Positions 36,566-45,759 of a DNA stretch of 59,021 nucleotides are shown here, piece after piece. Under the pieces are notes generated by a model that was not told the DNA's origin, searched no databases, and worked only from the letters and a program-made list of their open reading frames with translations. Source of the stretch: an uncultured virus (IMG/VR IMGVR_UViG_3300021446_000194) (Varidnaviria; Helvetiavirae; Dividoviricota; Laserviricetes; Halopanivirales); the IMG/VR virus record IMGVR_UViG_3300021446_000194; one strand, written 5' to 3'. The stretch's first letter is position 1; every line of letters begins with the position of its first letter. The position numbers and the translations under genes are program-made.

Positions 36566-37996
36566 ATGGCACCCCAGCAGGAGACTACCAAAGCCGACGA
36601 CGAGACGGACAGTACGCTCCGATTTGCCGGCCTCACCCGCTTCGTGGAGGGGCGTGTTCCCGAGGAGGTATTCGGACACGGCTCCTCGATGAAATGGTGG
36701 GCTAAGGAGTGGAACCGTGAGGAAATGAAGGCCGACGAGGACGATAACGTCGACCTGCCGGACAGCGGGTTCAACTCCGTGATCGACCAACTCCCCCGGG
36801 CGACGACGGCGGAGGTCCAATGGGTCCACCCGCGCACGGGCGAGACATACAAGACCGCCAAGCACAACGCCGTTATCGACCCGGACCGCGCCGAACAGAT
36901 CAACGGACCCTTCGGCTCCTACGCCGAGGTGCTCCAGCACTACGCCGATAAGGATCTTACCGACGCGGAGGCCGCGGAGGCCGTCGAGGAAACGGGGTTC
37001 GAGGACGCCGTCGACAAGTACGTGTCGGACGGCGAAACCCGTGGCCGGGCAAAGACAACGAGTCCTGGCGACGACGCCCTCTACCACATCCCTACTGACG
37101 ACTACGAGGTGGTCAACCCGTCAGAGGTGCTCCGACCGCTGGCCGAGGTACTCGGCGATCAGGGGCTCGGTGAAGATGTCTTCGGCGAGGCACGCCTCTA
37201 CCGCGCCGGCGGGAAGGTGTCGCTGGATGTGTTCTTCAACGGGAAGACCGTCGAGTGGCCCGGAAAGGACGACGACCGTAAGCCGGTCGTGGTCGGTATG
37301 CAGATCGACTACGACCACTTTGGCGGGACGAGCGTCAACATCCAGGGCATGGGGATGGACTGGGAGTGTACGAACGCGCTCCGCTCCATCACCGGTACCG
37401 AGACGGTGAAACACGCTGGCGACATCGACAGCCGCGTCGAGTGGAAAGAACTGTACGAGGACCTGCTCGAATCGCTGGACCTGAAGACCGACCAACTCTC
37501 GCAGGTGATCCACGAGGCCAGCAACGAGTTTCTGGACCTCGGCGACCTGCCGGACGATCTGACCGACGTGCTTGACCACCGCGAGGTCGACACGATCTGG
37601 CAGGCGCTCTACAAGGCCGCCGGGCTCCCGGGTTACCTCGCCAAGCACGCAGGGGACAACCTCAGTGCCGAGGCGGGCGACCCCTACGAGCCCTCATGGT
37701 GGGAGATCCACCGCGGAGCCACCTACGCGATCTCGCATTACAGCCGGTCAGAGACGCACGCGGGTAGCAGCATCGACCAGCAGAACCGGACAGCCAACGA
37801 CATGCTGCTCAACCCCGAGCAGATCATCGAGAACGTCGACGTGGCCTACCACGAAAAGCAGGAAGACACCACCCTCTCCGAAGAGGGCGGTGGCGCGGCA
37901 AGCCTCCAGCGCGTGCAGGAAGGGCTCGCCGAGAAGCGCGAGGAGTACGAGGAGCGACAGGACATGATCGAGCAGATTCAGGCCCAGGCCGAGTGA
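36566..37996 (+). CDS. DUF932-like mobile-element protein
   Basis: IPTDDYEVVNP...GGKV...DHFGGTS...CTNAL...KH pattern; strongly biased codons. Confidence 0.55.
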   Translation: MAPQQETTKADDETDSTLRFAGLTRFVEGRVPEEVFGHGSSMKWWAKEWNREEMKADEDDNVDLPDSGFNSVIDQLPRATTAEVQWVHPRTGETYKTAKHNAVIDPDRAEQINGPFGSYAEVLQHYADKDLTDAEAAEAVEETGFEDAVDKYVSDGETRGRAKTTSPGDDALYHIPTDDYEVVNPSEVLRPLAEVLGDQGLGEDVFGEARLYRAGGKVSLDVFFNGKTVEWPGKDDDRKPVVVGMQIDYDHFGGTSVNIQGMGMDWECTNALRSITGTETVKHAGDIDSRVEWKELYEDLLESLDLKTDQLSQVIHEASNEFLDLGDLPDDLTDVLDHREVDTIWQALYKAAGLPGYLAKHAGDNLSAEAGDPYEPSWWEIHRGATYAISHYSRSETHAGSSIDQQNRTANDMLLNPEQIIENVDVAYHEKQEDTTLSEEGGGAASLQRVQEGLAEKREEYEERQDMIEQIQAQAE

Positions 37997-38052
37997 CTGA
38001 ACGGGCCGACAGACCACCAGAGCGACGGTCATTCGTCAGCTCTGGTCATGCG

Positions 38053-38220
38053 ATGCCAGACTCAATTGGCTACCGATGCGACGGCTGTGGTGAACAGTTC
38101 CTCTACAAGAACCACGAGACGAACGCCGCAGTCCTCCGGGCCGTGTGGGACCACATAGATGAAGAACACGGCGGCAAAGAGACCGCCGACACGATCACCC
38201 AACAGACACAGGAAGCATGA
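38053..38220 (+). CDS. Small C2H2-like zinc-finger protein
   Basis: CDGC...H....H. Confidence 0.6.
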   Translation: MPDSIGYRCDGCGEQFLYKNHETNAAVLRAVWDHIDEEHGGKETADTITQQTQEA

Positions 38221-38528
38221 CCTCTCCCGGGGAAATCCCTCGCTCGATGGTCGCCGATGTGATCTCCAAGAGAGCGAACAAACAGGACCACTGCGGGGTT
38301 TGCGGCGGGGAGATAACGGGCAGCATCGGCCTCACCCGGGACCGGGAGTGCGTCGATTGTCGCACCTGCTACACGGTCGTCGGCCACCGCGACGATGGCG
38401 GTCCAGAATACGATGTCGAGATGGACACAACCCCGGTGGCCCGGATCAGACGCAAACTCCGAACGACCGTATGGGAGAGAGCAGTCTACGAATCCATGTC
38501 TGGAGATGATAATGAGACCGGACAGTAG
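38217..38528 (+). CDS. Zinc-ribbon protein
   Basis: CGVC...CVDC. Confidence 0.65.
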   Translation: MTSPGEIPRSMVADVISKRANKQDHCGVCGGEITGSIGLTRDRECVDCRTCYTVVGHRDDGGPEYDVEMDTTPVARIRRKLRTTVWERAVYESMSGDDNETGQ

Positions 38529-38685
38529 TGGGGTTATCTTCGTCCGGTATGGGTGTTGGGACTGCGAGTTCGGTGGTGATTCGCTAAACGGTGTCGGGCT
38601 CGCGTCCCAGCACGCCGAGGCGAACCCCGAACACGAGGTATGGGCTGAGCAGGTCACTAGCATGACGTGGAACGAAGATGGCTAA
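38512..38685 (+). CDS. Small zinc-finger protein
   Basis: CWDC...HA....HEV. Confidence 0.55.
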   Translation: MRPDSSGVIFVRYGCWDCEFGGDSLNGVGLASQHAEANPEHEVWAEQVTSMTWNEDG

Positions 38686-39028
38686 CTCCGACTCCGAAAC
38701 CCGAGTCGGCCACACGAAGGCCGACTCCACCGACACGTACGTCGGACGCGGCGACGGAGGGAAGCATCTCCACACCGCCAACATCCGCAAGCGGGGCTGG
38801 TTAGGTAATCCCTACACTCTGGAAGAGCACAGCCGCGAGGAGTCGATCCAGCAGTTCCGGGACGACTTCGAGCACCGACTCGAACACGACGGCGCATTCC
38901 GCAACGAGGTTCGGAAGCTGGCTGGCGACGTGCTTGGCTGCTGGTGCCAACGGCTCGAAAACGACGGGCCGTCCTGCCACGCCGAGGTGATTGCCGAGCA
39001 CGCCGACCGACTTGCGGAGGAAGCGTAG
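38678..39028 (+). CDS. DUF4326-family protein
   Basis: TYVGR...GWLGNPY...LAGDVLGCWC...CHAEVI. Confidence 0.8.
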   Translation: MANSDSETRVGHTKADSTDTYVGRGDGGKHLHTANIRKRGWLGNPYTLEEHSREESIQQFRDDFEHRLEHDGAFRNEVRKLAGDVLGCWCQRLENDGPSCHAEVIAEHADRLAEEA

Positions 39029-39094
39029 AGGATCGAATACACACTCTGGCGGCGGTCAGACGCCGCCGGGCATTGCGGTGACGGCCAAACCACG

Positions 39095-39640
39095 ATGGAT
39101 TATAACACTATCGCCGAAGACATGAGCGACGGAGAACTGGTAGTGAAAGTAAACGAGATAATCCGCGGCGTGAAAGAGGAGGTGGACAAAGCATACCAGT
39201 ACGCTGCTGCGGTCGATGACGCCGACGGTCTTGCGGATGAGATTCAGGACGCCCAGACCCACGTCCAGCGTGTACAGGATGTGGCGGGGGAGAGATTAGA
39301 GTACGTGGCGAAGAGAATCCACACCAACACGGGGGTGGTAACCACGTACGAGAGTCCGGGGGGAAAGACTGGCCCACAGGATGCAATAGTGGTGGTAGAC
39401 GTAGACCGTGTACAACAGCGAGTGACGTTTACTGTTGGTTTCGAGGACGAAGGACCGGCCCTCAACGCGCGGGACGTGTTGACAATGGGGGTGGCCTACG
39501 TGCAGTCGCACCACCCGAACCGGTCGGTCAGCGCAGGCGATAAGGAGGCCGCGGTTCCGTTCGCCTTCGCAACAGCCAAAGAGTATCTTGAAACGGAAGC
39601 ATTCTGGGACTTTTCCGACATCCATTACCCGTCTATTTGA
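39095..39640 (+). CDS. Hypothetical protein
   Basis: Acidic ORF within the operon. Confidence 0.75.
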   Translation: MDYNTIAEDMSDGELVVKVNEIIRGVKEEVDKAYQYAAAVDDADGLADEIQDAQTHVQRVQDVAGERLEYVAKRIHTNTGVVTTYESPGGKTGPQDAIVVVDVDRVQQRVTFTVGFEDEGPALNARDVLTMGVAYVQSHHPNRSVSAGDKEAAVPFAFATAKEYLETEAFWDFSDIHYPSI

Positions 39641-39693
39641 GTCGCGTAGTGGCGTTCACGCGCCACTCTCGCCTTCCCGAGAGGGGACTAACT

Positions 39694-39984
39694 ATGCAGC
39701 AGGGTGACCCAGTTCTGGTCAAGAACATGGATGGTGAACAGGCCCGAGCCGTGATTGCCGAAATAACCGACAAAGTTGCCGCCGAGGCGACTATCCCGAA
39801 AGGCGACGAAGAAGTGTCCGTCTCCCGCTACTGGGGAGGCAGCGTCGATCCAGACGAGGGCATTGTCGTCGTCCGGTTCCTGAAGACAGTGACACACGAT
39901 AACCGTCCGGCCGGGTACGGAGAAAAAACATACAGCTATCCCGAGTCGAAGGTTGAACCGCAGGACACGGGGCGAGAGGGGTGA
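39694..39984 (+). CDS. Small SH3-like beta-barrel protein
   Basis: GDPVLV...VVVRF...YSYPESKV pattern. Confidence 0.6.
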   Translation: MQQGDPVLVKNMDGEQARAVIAEITDKVAAEATIPKGDEEVSVSRYWGGSVDPDEGIVVVRFLKTVTHDNRPAGYGEKTYSYPESKVEPQDTGREG

Positions 39985-39991
39985 TTTGGCT

Positions 39992-40129
39992 ATGGCAAAC
40001 TGCCCGAACTGTGGGTTCGTTCTCGACACTGAGGAGGACAACGATGCCCTCGCCGCCGACGAGCAGTTCGACTACTTCTGCGCGGCCTGCGGGGAGTTGT
40101 ATGTGGAGGCTGACCTCGACGTAGACTGA
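39992..40129 (+). CDS. Small CPxCG zinc-finger protein (45 aa)
   Basis: CPNCG...CAACG; SD-like GGGGTGA upstream. Confidence 0.6.
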   Translation: MANCPNCGFVLDTEEDNDALAADEQFDYFCAACGELYVEADLDVD

Positions 40130-40141
40130 GTATGTTTAAGT

Positions 40142-40471
40142 ATGACTGAGTATGAGATATTCGAGTGCGACGGCTGCGGCGACAGGCACGGCCACAAGAC
40201 AGAGATGCAAGAGATCCTGCTGATCGCCGAGTCCGGCCACTTCGACGAGCCCGAGACGCTGACCACGCACCTCTGCACCACCTGTACGACGAAAGAGATC
40301 GACAGCGCCCTCGAAAAAGTCGAGGCGTTCGGCGTCGACAGGTTCCGTGGAGAGGTGAAGGCGGCCATCTTGAACGGTGGTGATCTTGTCGGCGTCCCGC
40401 AGATGTACGGTAATGAAACGTTCCGTGATGTGCGCGAGGCGGTGGAGCAGGTCGAACAGCGGTTGATGTAG
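40142..40471 (+). CDS. Zinc-finger protein
   Basis: CDGC...HLCTTC. Confidence 0.7.
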   Translation: MTEYEIFECDGCGDRHGHKTEMQEILLIAESGHFDEPETLTTHLCTTCTTKEIDSALEKVEAFGVDRFRGEVKAAILNGGDLVGVPQMYGNETFRDVREAVEQVEQRLM

Positions 40472-40526
40472 ACTGTACGGGCCGTTGCGGCTGTCAGAAG
40501 CCGCTTCGGCATGAGGTGAAACCTGT

Positions 40527-41087
40527 ATGGCAACACGGCTTGATTGGCCGTCGAGTATCGACCGGACTCCGCCCGAGCAGCGGAAAAGCGGGTCCAAGTT
40601 CAGCGTTATGTTCTCCGTCACTCGCGGTGACTTGACCGACGAGGTGGAACGGCTTGGAGCCGACAAATGGCGAATCGACCACATCACCGGCTCCGGCGGC
40701 GACCCTGGCGTTGTCCTCCGCTTCACCCGGGACGGGACTGACCACGCGGTCGCCTGCGACGGGTACGAGACCAAATCGGCGAATCTCCGGGAGCTGTACC
40801 TCTGGGTAGAAGAGACCCGTATGCGGGAGAAACGGAAGGCAGAGGGGGCGAGCGACGCCTTCGCTGCTGCGCGACTTCCATCTGGGGACGGCCCGAGCGA
40901 GGACGACCCGCTGGCGAACATCGACCCCTACGAGGTGCTCGGCGTGCAGCCCAGCGCCTCCGAGTCCGTCGTAGAGGCTGTTGTCAGGCAGCGCAAAGGC
41001 GAAGCGCATCCGGATAGCGGTGGGAGCCAACTGGAGCTACAGAAGGTGGAGAAGGCTGAAGAGATGATCCTCAACGGCCAGGGATGA
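40527..41087 (+). CDS. J-domain (DnaJ-like) protein
   Basis: DPYEVLGV...AHPDSGGS at the C-terminus. Confidence 0.85.
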   Translation: MATRLDWPSSIDRTPPEQRKSGSKFSVMFSVTRGDLTDEVERLGADKWRIDHITGSGGDPGVVLRFTRDGTDHAVACDGYETKSANLRELYLWVEETRMREKRKAEGASDAFAAARLPSGDGPSEDDPLANIDPYEVLGVQPSASESVVEAVVRQRKGEAHPDSGGSQLELQKVEKAEEMILNGQG

Positions 41088-41299
41088 GCGTCGAGGACCC
41101 ACGCCTGTGCCCCGAGTGCCGCGAACCACGGCAGGGGCTTGTCTGTCAATGTGGGTGCGATCTCCGCGAGGTGGATGTCGTTTACTGCGCGGAGTGTTCA
41201 AAGCCGGCGACGAAAGAAGCGGCTGACCGCCAGACGTGGCAGGGGTCGTCTGTGGCACACGCCTCGAAGAGCGGATACTTCTGTCCAAACTGTCAGTAG
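41084..41299 (+). CDS. Cys-rich zinc-finger protein
   Basis: CPEC, CQC, CAEC and CPNC. Confidence 0.65.
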   Translation: MSVEDPRLCPECREPRQGLVCQCGCDLREVDVVYCAECSKPATKEAADRQTWQGSSVAHASKSGYFCPNCQ

Positions 41300-41348
41300 A
41301 TACTGTCGGAGCGCCTTTCACTTGGCGCCCCGTCACTTGGATTCAGCG

Positions 41349-42287
41349 ATGGCTGATCGGTATGACTATCGGATTGACCGGGATGTGGCCGACACGATCA
41401 AACAGCGAGTGAATGATCCGTCGGTCAACGCGCTTGACTGGGCGTGGCAGTACGTCGCACCGACGATGTCAGAGCGACGCCGCGCCCGGACGGCTACGCT
41501 ACTCTCTTTGGCGTCCGAACCCGACAGGAATGGCGTCCGGGGACGGATTCATGCCTTGTACCCCGGACCGGGAGGAACCGGAAAGACGGTGCTTCGAGAC
41601 TGGGTGAAAAATACCTTCGACTGCGCCTACGGCGTTGGTCCCGGATCGTCGGACACCGGGCTGCGCTACAACGCGAACGTGAACAAACCCGGAAAACTCC
41701 ACATGGCCGACGGGGGAGTGCTCTGTGTTGAGGAGTTCGACAAGTTCGACCGCGACGAATGGGAAGCAACCTACGAGTCCATGTCGGACGGCTACTTCGA
41801 GGTGGATAAAGGCGGCGTCGACGCCGAGATCGACGCCGAGACGCGGATCATCGCGGTGTGCAACGAGACACGGCCGTTTTCCCAACCACTACTCTCCCGA
41901 TTCGACTTCATCGTGGAGATGGACGAGTACGATGCAGCGGAGACCATCACCGTCGGCGAGGACATCACTGACCAGTTCATTTCGGCGTTCATCAAAGACG
42001 AAGACGGTGCCGCCCGGCCGTTCCTGCCGCAATACCTCTCCTACATACAGGGGTTCCGGCCGGGGCTCACGGATGACTTCGCCGGGCAGGTGAAGCAGTG
42101 TCTCCGACGGCTGGTCCACGAGGAGGACATGGTCGGGGACATCCGCGGGAAGGAGGCGTACCTACGTATCGCATACACGGCTGCGAAGCTGGATATGCGG
42201 GACGTAGAGGTGGAGGACTGGGTCCGAGCAGTCGATCTCGTCCATCCAGACATCGACGCCGCGGGGCTCTACTCAGACTTCCTTTGA
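41349..42287 (+). CDS. MCM-family AAA+ ATPase lacking the N-terminal domain
   Basis: RGRIHALYPGPGGTGKT, GKLHMADGGVLCVEEFDK, LLSRFDF, sensor-2 helix IRGKEAYLRIA. Confidence 0.85.
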   Translation: MADRYDYRIDRDVADTIKQRVNDPSVNALDWAWQYVAPTMSERRRARTATLLSLASEPDRNGVRGRIHALYPGPGGTGKTVLRDWVKNTFDCAYGVGPGSSDTGLRYNANVNKPGKLHMADGGVLCVEEFDKFDRDEWEATYESMSDGYFEVDKGGVDAEIDAETRIIAVCNETRPFSQPLLSRFDFIVEMDEYDAAETITVGEDITDQFISAFIKDEDGAARPFLPQYLSYIQGFRPGLTDDFAGQVKQCLRRLVHEEDMVGDIRGKEAYLRIAYTAAKLDMRDVEVEDWVRAVDLVHPDIDAAGLYSDFL

Positions 42288-42293
42288 CGGTGG

Positions 42294-43080
42294 CTACTCC
42301 TCGTCGGTAGAGGTGTCCACGTCAGGTCGGTAGTAGATGGGTCCGTCATCCAATTCGGCCCCACACAGCGGACACGAAACGGTCTTCACCAGGGGTATGG
42401 GGTACTCCACATCGCACTTCTCGCAGGTGTACTGGGGGTGGTCGTCGTCCATACCGTCGAAGTACTCCTCTCGGCGGTCAGCGTCCGGGTGGTTCATCGC
42501 CGTCACCGCAAGGTTATACCCCAGCAGCAGCGCCGTGTGCGCGTGGCCGTCGTGAAGCACGTCCTCCACGACCCCCGGTCTGGACGATCCTGCCGCCGTT
42601 CCGGATGTACACCGGCTCACCGACCCAATCCGCTCCATCGACGCTGAACGCCCCCGGAATATTGATACTGAGCTCCCGGGACTCGCCGTCGATTAGGTAC
42701 GTGGCGTCATTGAGGAGGATATCCGGCCGCGCCCGCCCACCGACAATGACTTCATCGGGTTCCCTCGGTACTTGCTCGTTGATGCTGTCGATCCATTCTT
42801 TCCCGCACTCAGGCGAGCAGAAGTACTCGTTCAGCGTGTATTCGTGACCGTCTTGGGTCCCCACTCGCTCCCAATAGATCACGCCGCCCTGGTCGATAAG
42901 GTCGGCTTGCGGAGCGATCTTCCGGTCGCAGTTCCGGCACTCGGTCTCCTCGCCGGCAAGCGAGTCCAGTAGTGTCCGGAGCGTGACGAAAAACTCGGTC
43001 CACGTCTGGTCGACGGGGCGGATCTCGTCTACCTGTTCCTTCGCGTCAACCTCAACAGTCAGGGAAGTATCTTCTCCCAT
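42294..43080 (-). pseudogene. Frameshifted gene (RHH-like N-terminus plus Zn fingers), broken at a G5 run near 42572-42576
   Basis: Removing one G joins RIVQTG to VVEDVLHDGH and a C-terminal CEKC/CPLC finger. Confidence 0.6.
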
Positions 43081-43162
43081 ATGAGACAATTGCCGCAATT
43101 ACATTTAGTAATGTCGGTCCCGGGGGTTTGAGGGTATCAGAGCCTTCCCTCCGTATGAAGCC

Positions 43163-43396
43163 ATGACAGAAGACATTGACTCTACAGAAGACAAACACAC
43201 GGTGGGAGGTTCTCACCGTGCCTGGACACAGGCAGAAGCAACAGTGGAGGCTATCCCAGACGACGGTGACGGCGTCAATCTGTACGTCCGCGACCTGTCG
43301 ATGCTTGACGGCCCGTATACATGTGACTGCGGAAAGACGTTTGAGGACCGCAAAGGCGTCCGAGCACATCTCGACGAGGTGAACGATGGCGCGTGA
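43163..43396 (+). CDS. Small zinc-finger protein
   Basis: YTCDCGKTF...H. Confidence 0.65.
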   Translation: MTEDIDSTEDKHTVGGSHRAWTQAEATVEAIPDDGDGVNLYVRDLSMLDGPYTCDCGKTFEDRKGVRAHLDEVNDGA

Positions 43397-44300
43397 AGGG
43401 GATACCCCCAAGACTTCGCAGGAGAGTGAGGTAGAGACGGTGGGGCTTGGTCAGTCCACGGACGGAAGTTACCGATACGAACAGGTCCCGATCCATCTGT
43501 GCCAAGGGTGCGGGTCCAGCTTCTATCCGGGCGATGAGGTCGTTACGCTGTCTGACGGTTTCATCGAAACCGACGAATCGCATAGCCCCGACAATATCCG
43601 ATTTTTCCACGGAGACTGCTGGAAAAACAGCCGTTACATGGACACGGGAAGTGATTGCGACAGAGGTGTGCGACAGATGGGGTCGCTCGGAGCTGCGGAG
43701 GACACCGACCGCGACGACTGGAACGACCTCGAACTATCGTACCACAGTGTGCGTCCGAACAAGTGGACGTTTCAGTCCAAGAAGATCCGCCGATGGGTAG
43801 AGAGCCGGCTTGAGGGCCGCGTCTTGAACGCTTGTGCCGGAAAGACGAAACTCACCAGCGACCACGAAATCGTCCGGAACGACCTCGATGAGAACCGGGA
43901 CGCAGATCTCCACGTCGACGTGTGTGAGCTCGCGGACCACCTCGAAAGTGATTCCTTCAATACAATCGTCTATGACCCGCCGTTCTCACAGAACCAAGCA
44001 ACACAGACCTACGACATCGAAGACGGTGAGGCGGTCGTTGCGGGTAGTGACGCTATTGCGAAACGGCAGTTCGACAAACTGCTCGCGCCGGGCGGCCTCG
44101 TGGTCCAGTTCGGCTACACCACGACCTGTATGCCGACCTCGCTCGGGTACGAGCGGTTAGAGGTAGGCGTCTGGAATACCCTTGGTCGGTCCAACGATTA
44201 CCTCTCGGTAGTCGACAAAAAGCCAGGTGAAACGGAGGTCCAATCCCGGTGGTTCAGCACTGAAACGTCTGATACAACGGGTACGGAAGGATCTGACTGA
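43386..44300 (+). CDS. Putative amino-DNA methyltransferase with N-terminal Zn finger
   Basis: RVLNACAG (SAM-binding) and YDPPF (catalytic); CQGC...FHGDC. Confidence 0.75.
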   Translation: MAREGDTPKTSQESEVETVGLGQSTDGSYRYEQVPIHLCQGCGSSFYPGDEVVTLSDGFIETDESHSPDNIRFFHGDCWKNSRYMDTGSDCDRGVRQMGSLGAAEDTDRDDWNDLELSYHSVRPNKWTFQSKKIRRWVESRLEGRVLNACAGKTKLTSDHEIVRNDLDENRDADLHVDVCELADHLESDSFNTIVYDPPFSQNQATQTYDIEDGEAVVAGSDAIAKRQFDKLLAPGGLVVQFGYTTTCMPTSLGYERLEVGVWNTLGRSNDYLSVVDKKPGETEVQSRWFSTETSDTTGTEGSD

Positions 44301-44356
44301 TACCCGTACGGAACCCGAGGTTTGAGGGTGTCGCAGCCCTACCCCCGTGTGAAGTC

Positions 44357-44599
44357 ATGGCACAAGAAAGTAGTCATACAGATGGAAGAGATGGGGCTCC
44401 CGTGGTTCGGGACAGTGGCCCCGAATACCTCAGCCGCCCCGAGTTTGATACCGGGAAGGTGGTCGACTGGGACTGTCCATGTTGTGGGAAGTACGGGCAC
44501 GACGACCGACGGAGTGCCGAGTACTACCCGATATGCACGAACCTTGACTGCCCGGTGAAGATGTTCTCCGTATTCCGGGGTGAACCCGATGCCGAATGA
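44357..44599 (+). CDS. Small zinc-ribbon protein
   Basis: CPCC...CTNLDC. Confidence 0.6.
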   Translation: MAQESSHTDGRDGAPVVRDSGPEYLSRPEFDTGKVVDWDCPCCGKYGHDDRRSAEYYPICTNLDCPVKMFSVFRGEPDAE

Positions 44600-44879
44600 A
44601 CAGCAGGAAAAGTCCATCGAGATGGTATATGAGGACCGGAACCTGCTTGCCTGCGCGCTGACTCGGGCCGTCGACGCCCCAAGCGGATGGAAATGGGACC
44701 CCGCCGAACCGGGCTGGGCTGTCATGTGGATCGAGACGCCGATGGGGCAGGTGTCCTGGCACGTCCCGCGGGACATGGCGCTGGGGATGGGTCCCGACCC
44801 CGGTTGGGCAGATTACGACGGGTACGACCGTGAGGAGAAGAACGACCGTCTGCGAGAGTGGATAACGGAAGGCCTGTAA
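44589..44879 (+). CDS. WDGH-like viral protein
   Basis: Y..RN.L...GW....ETPMGQVSWH...YDGY...RL pattern. Confidence 0.55.
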   Translation: MPNEQQEKSIEMVYEDRNLLACALTRAVDAPSGWKWDPAEPGWAVMWIETPMGQVSWHVPRDMALGMGPDPGWADYDGYDREEKNDRLREWITEGL

Positions 44880-44880
44880 C

Positions 44881-45123
44881 ATGGGTTTGCCAAAGACGTT
44901 TCCCCCAGCGGCGTTCTACGTCGAATTAGAGGAGTACAACACCTCTCGGACGTGCAGCGGGACTGACTGCTCCGCTGCTGCCGACTACCACGCCTGCATC
45001 CCAACCGATCAGGAGAGAGGTTGGTTCGCGTGGGTCGGGCACGCCTGTGCCGACTGCCTTTCAGAGTGCAACTTCGTCGGCGACCCGCCGGACGATGTCA
45101 ACCGAACTCACGATTCAGCATGA
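44881..45123 (+). CDS. Small Cys/His-rich protein
   Basis: CSGTDC...HACADC. Confidence 0.55.
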   Translation: MGLPKTFPPAAFYVELEEYNTSRTCSGTDCSAAADYHACIPTDQERGWFAWVGHACADCLSECNFVGDPPDDVNRTHDSA

Positions 45124-45659
45124 GCGCCGACTTATTCAATGGCGAAAACGAACCGCTTCCTCCCCGATTCCTCCCGCGTGAACCCGGAGTATATACGCCG
45201 ACTGACCACTTCCGGAAACGCATAGACGACGATACCCGGGTGGTTACGAAGGAGATGGTTGAAGAGGCGATTCGGAAGGGGGAGGTACGTGAGGACTCCG
45301 CCGGCTGTTGGCGGTTTGTCGGCGAGGTTCCCGGGATGAAGTGCCACGTCGCTTGTGGCGTCGATGAGCGGCGCCACGTCGTCGTCGTCACAGCCTACAC
45401 GATGGTTACGGACGCCAAAGAGGCGATCATCGACAGTGGGTTCGACCGCCACGCGGTGAAGTGTTCAGCGTTCCGCGACTCCATCTGCACGGATGGGTGG
45501 TTCGGGGACGAAATACGGGACATGTCGTTTTCCCCGCCGCTGGAAGTGTACGGCCACTCGATCTACACTGAAAGTGGAAGCACAAAAGTCCGCTGCGAGC
45601 GGTGCGGCGGCGTTTTCTCTCGGAAGGCACCGTTGAAGATGGACCGCTGTCAGGCCTGA
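45120..45659 (+). CDS. DUF4258-like (RelE-fold) domain plus C-terminal Zn finger
   Basis: TDHFRKR...VEEAIRKG...VVVVTAY; CERCG. Confidence 0.55.
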   Translation: MSADLFNGENEPLPPRFLPREPGVYTPTDHFRKRIDDDTRVVTKEMVEEAIRKGEVREDSAGCWRFVGEVPGMKCHVACGVDERRHVVVVTAYTMVTDAKEAIIDSGFDRHAVKCSAFRDSICTDGWFGDEIRDMSFSPPLEVYGHSIYTESGSTKVRCERCGGVFSRKAPLKMDRCQA

Positions 45660-45668
45660 CCAAGTTTT

Positions 45669-45708
45669 GCCCCACTCTGCGTGTCGCAGCGCAGTAGTGG
45701 GGCTTTTT
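45669..45708 (+). terminator. Hairpin plus T-tract ending the long plus-strand operon
   Basis: GCCCCACT-CTGCG...CGCAG-TAGTGGGGC-TTTTT. Confidence 0.6.
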
Positions 45709-45759
45709 CTCGTGTATTGAGTGCCTATCCTTTTCACGAAGAGGGACCATACGCCGGCT

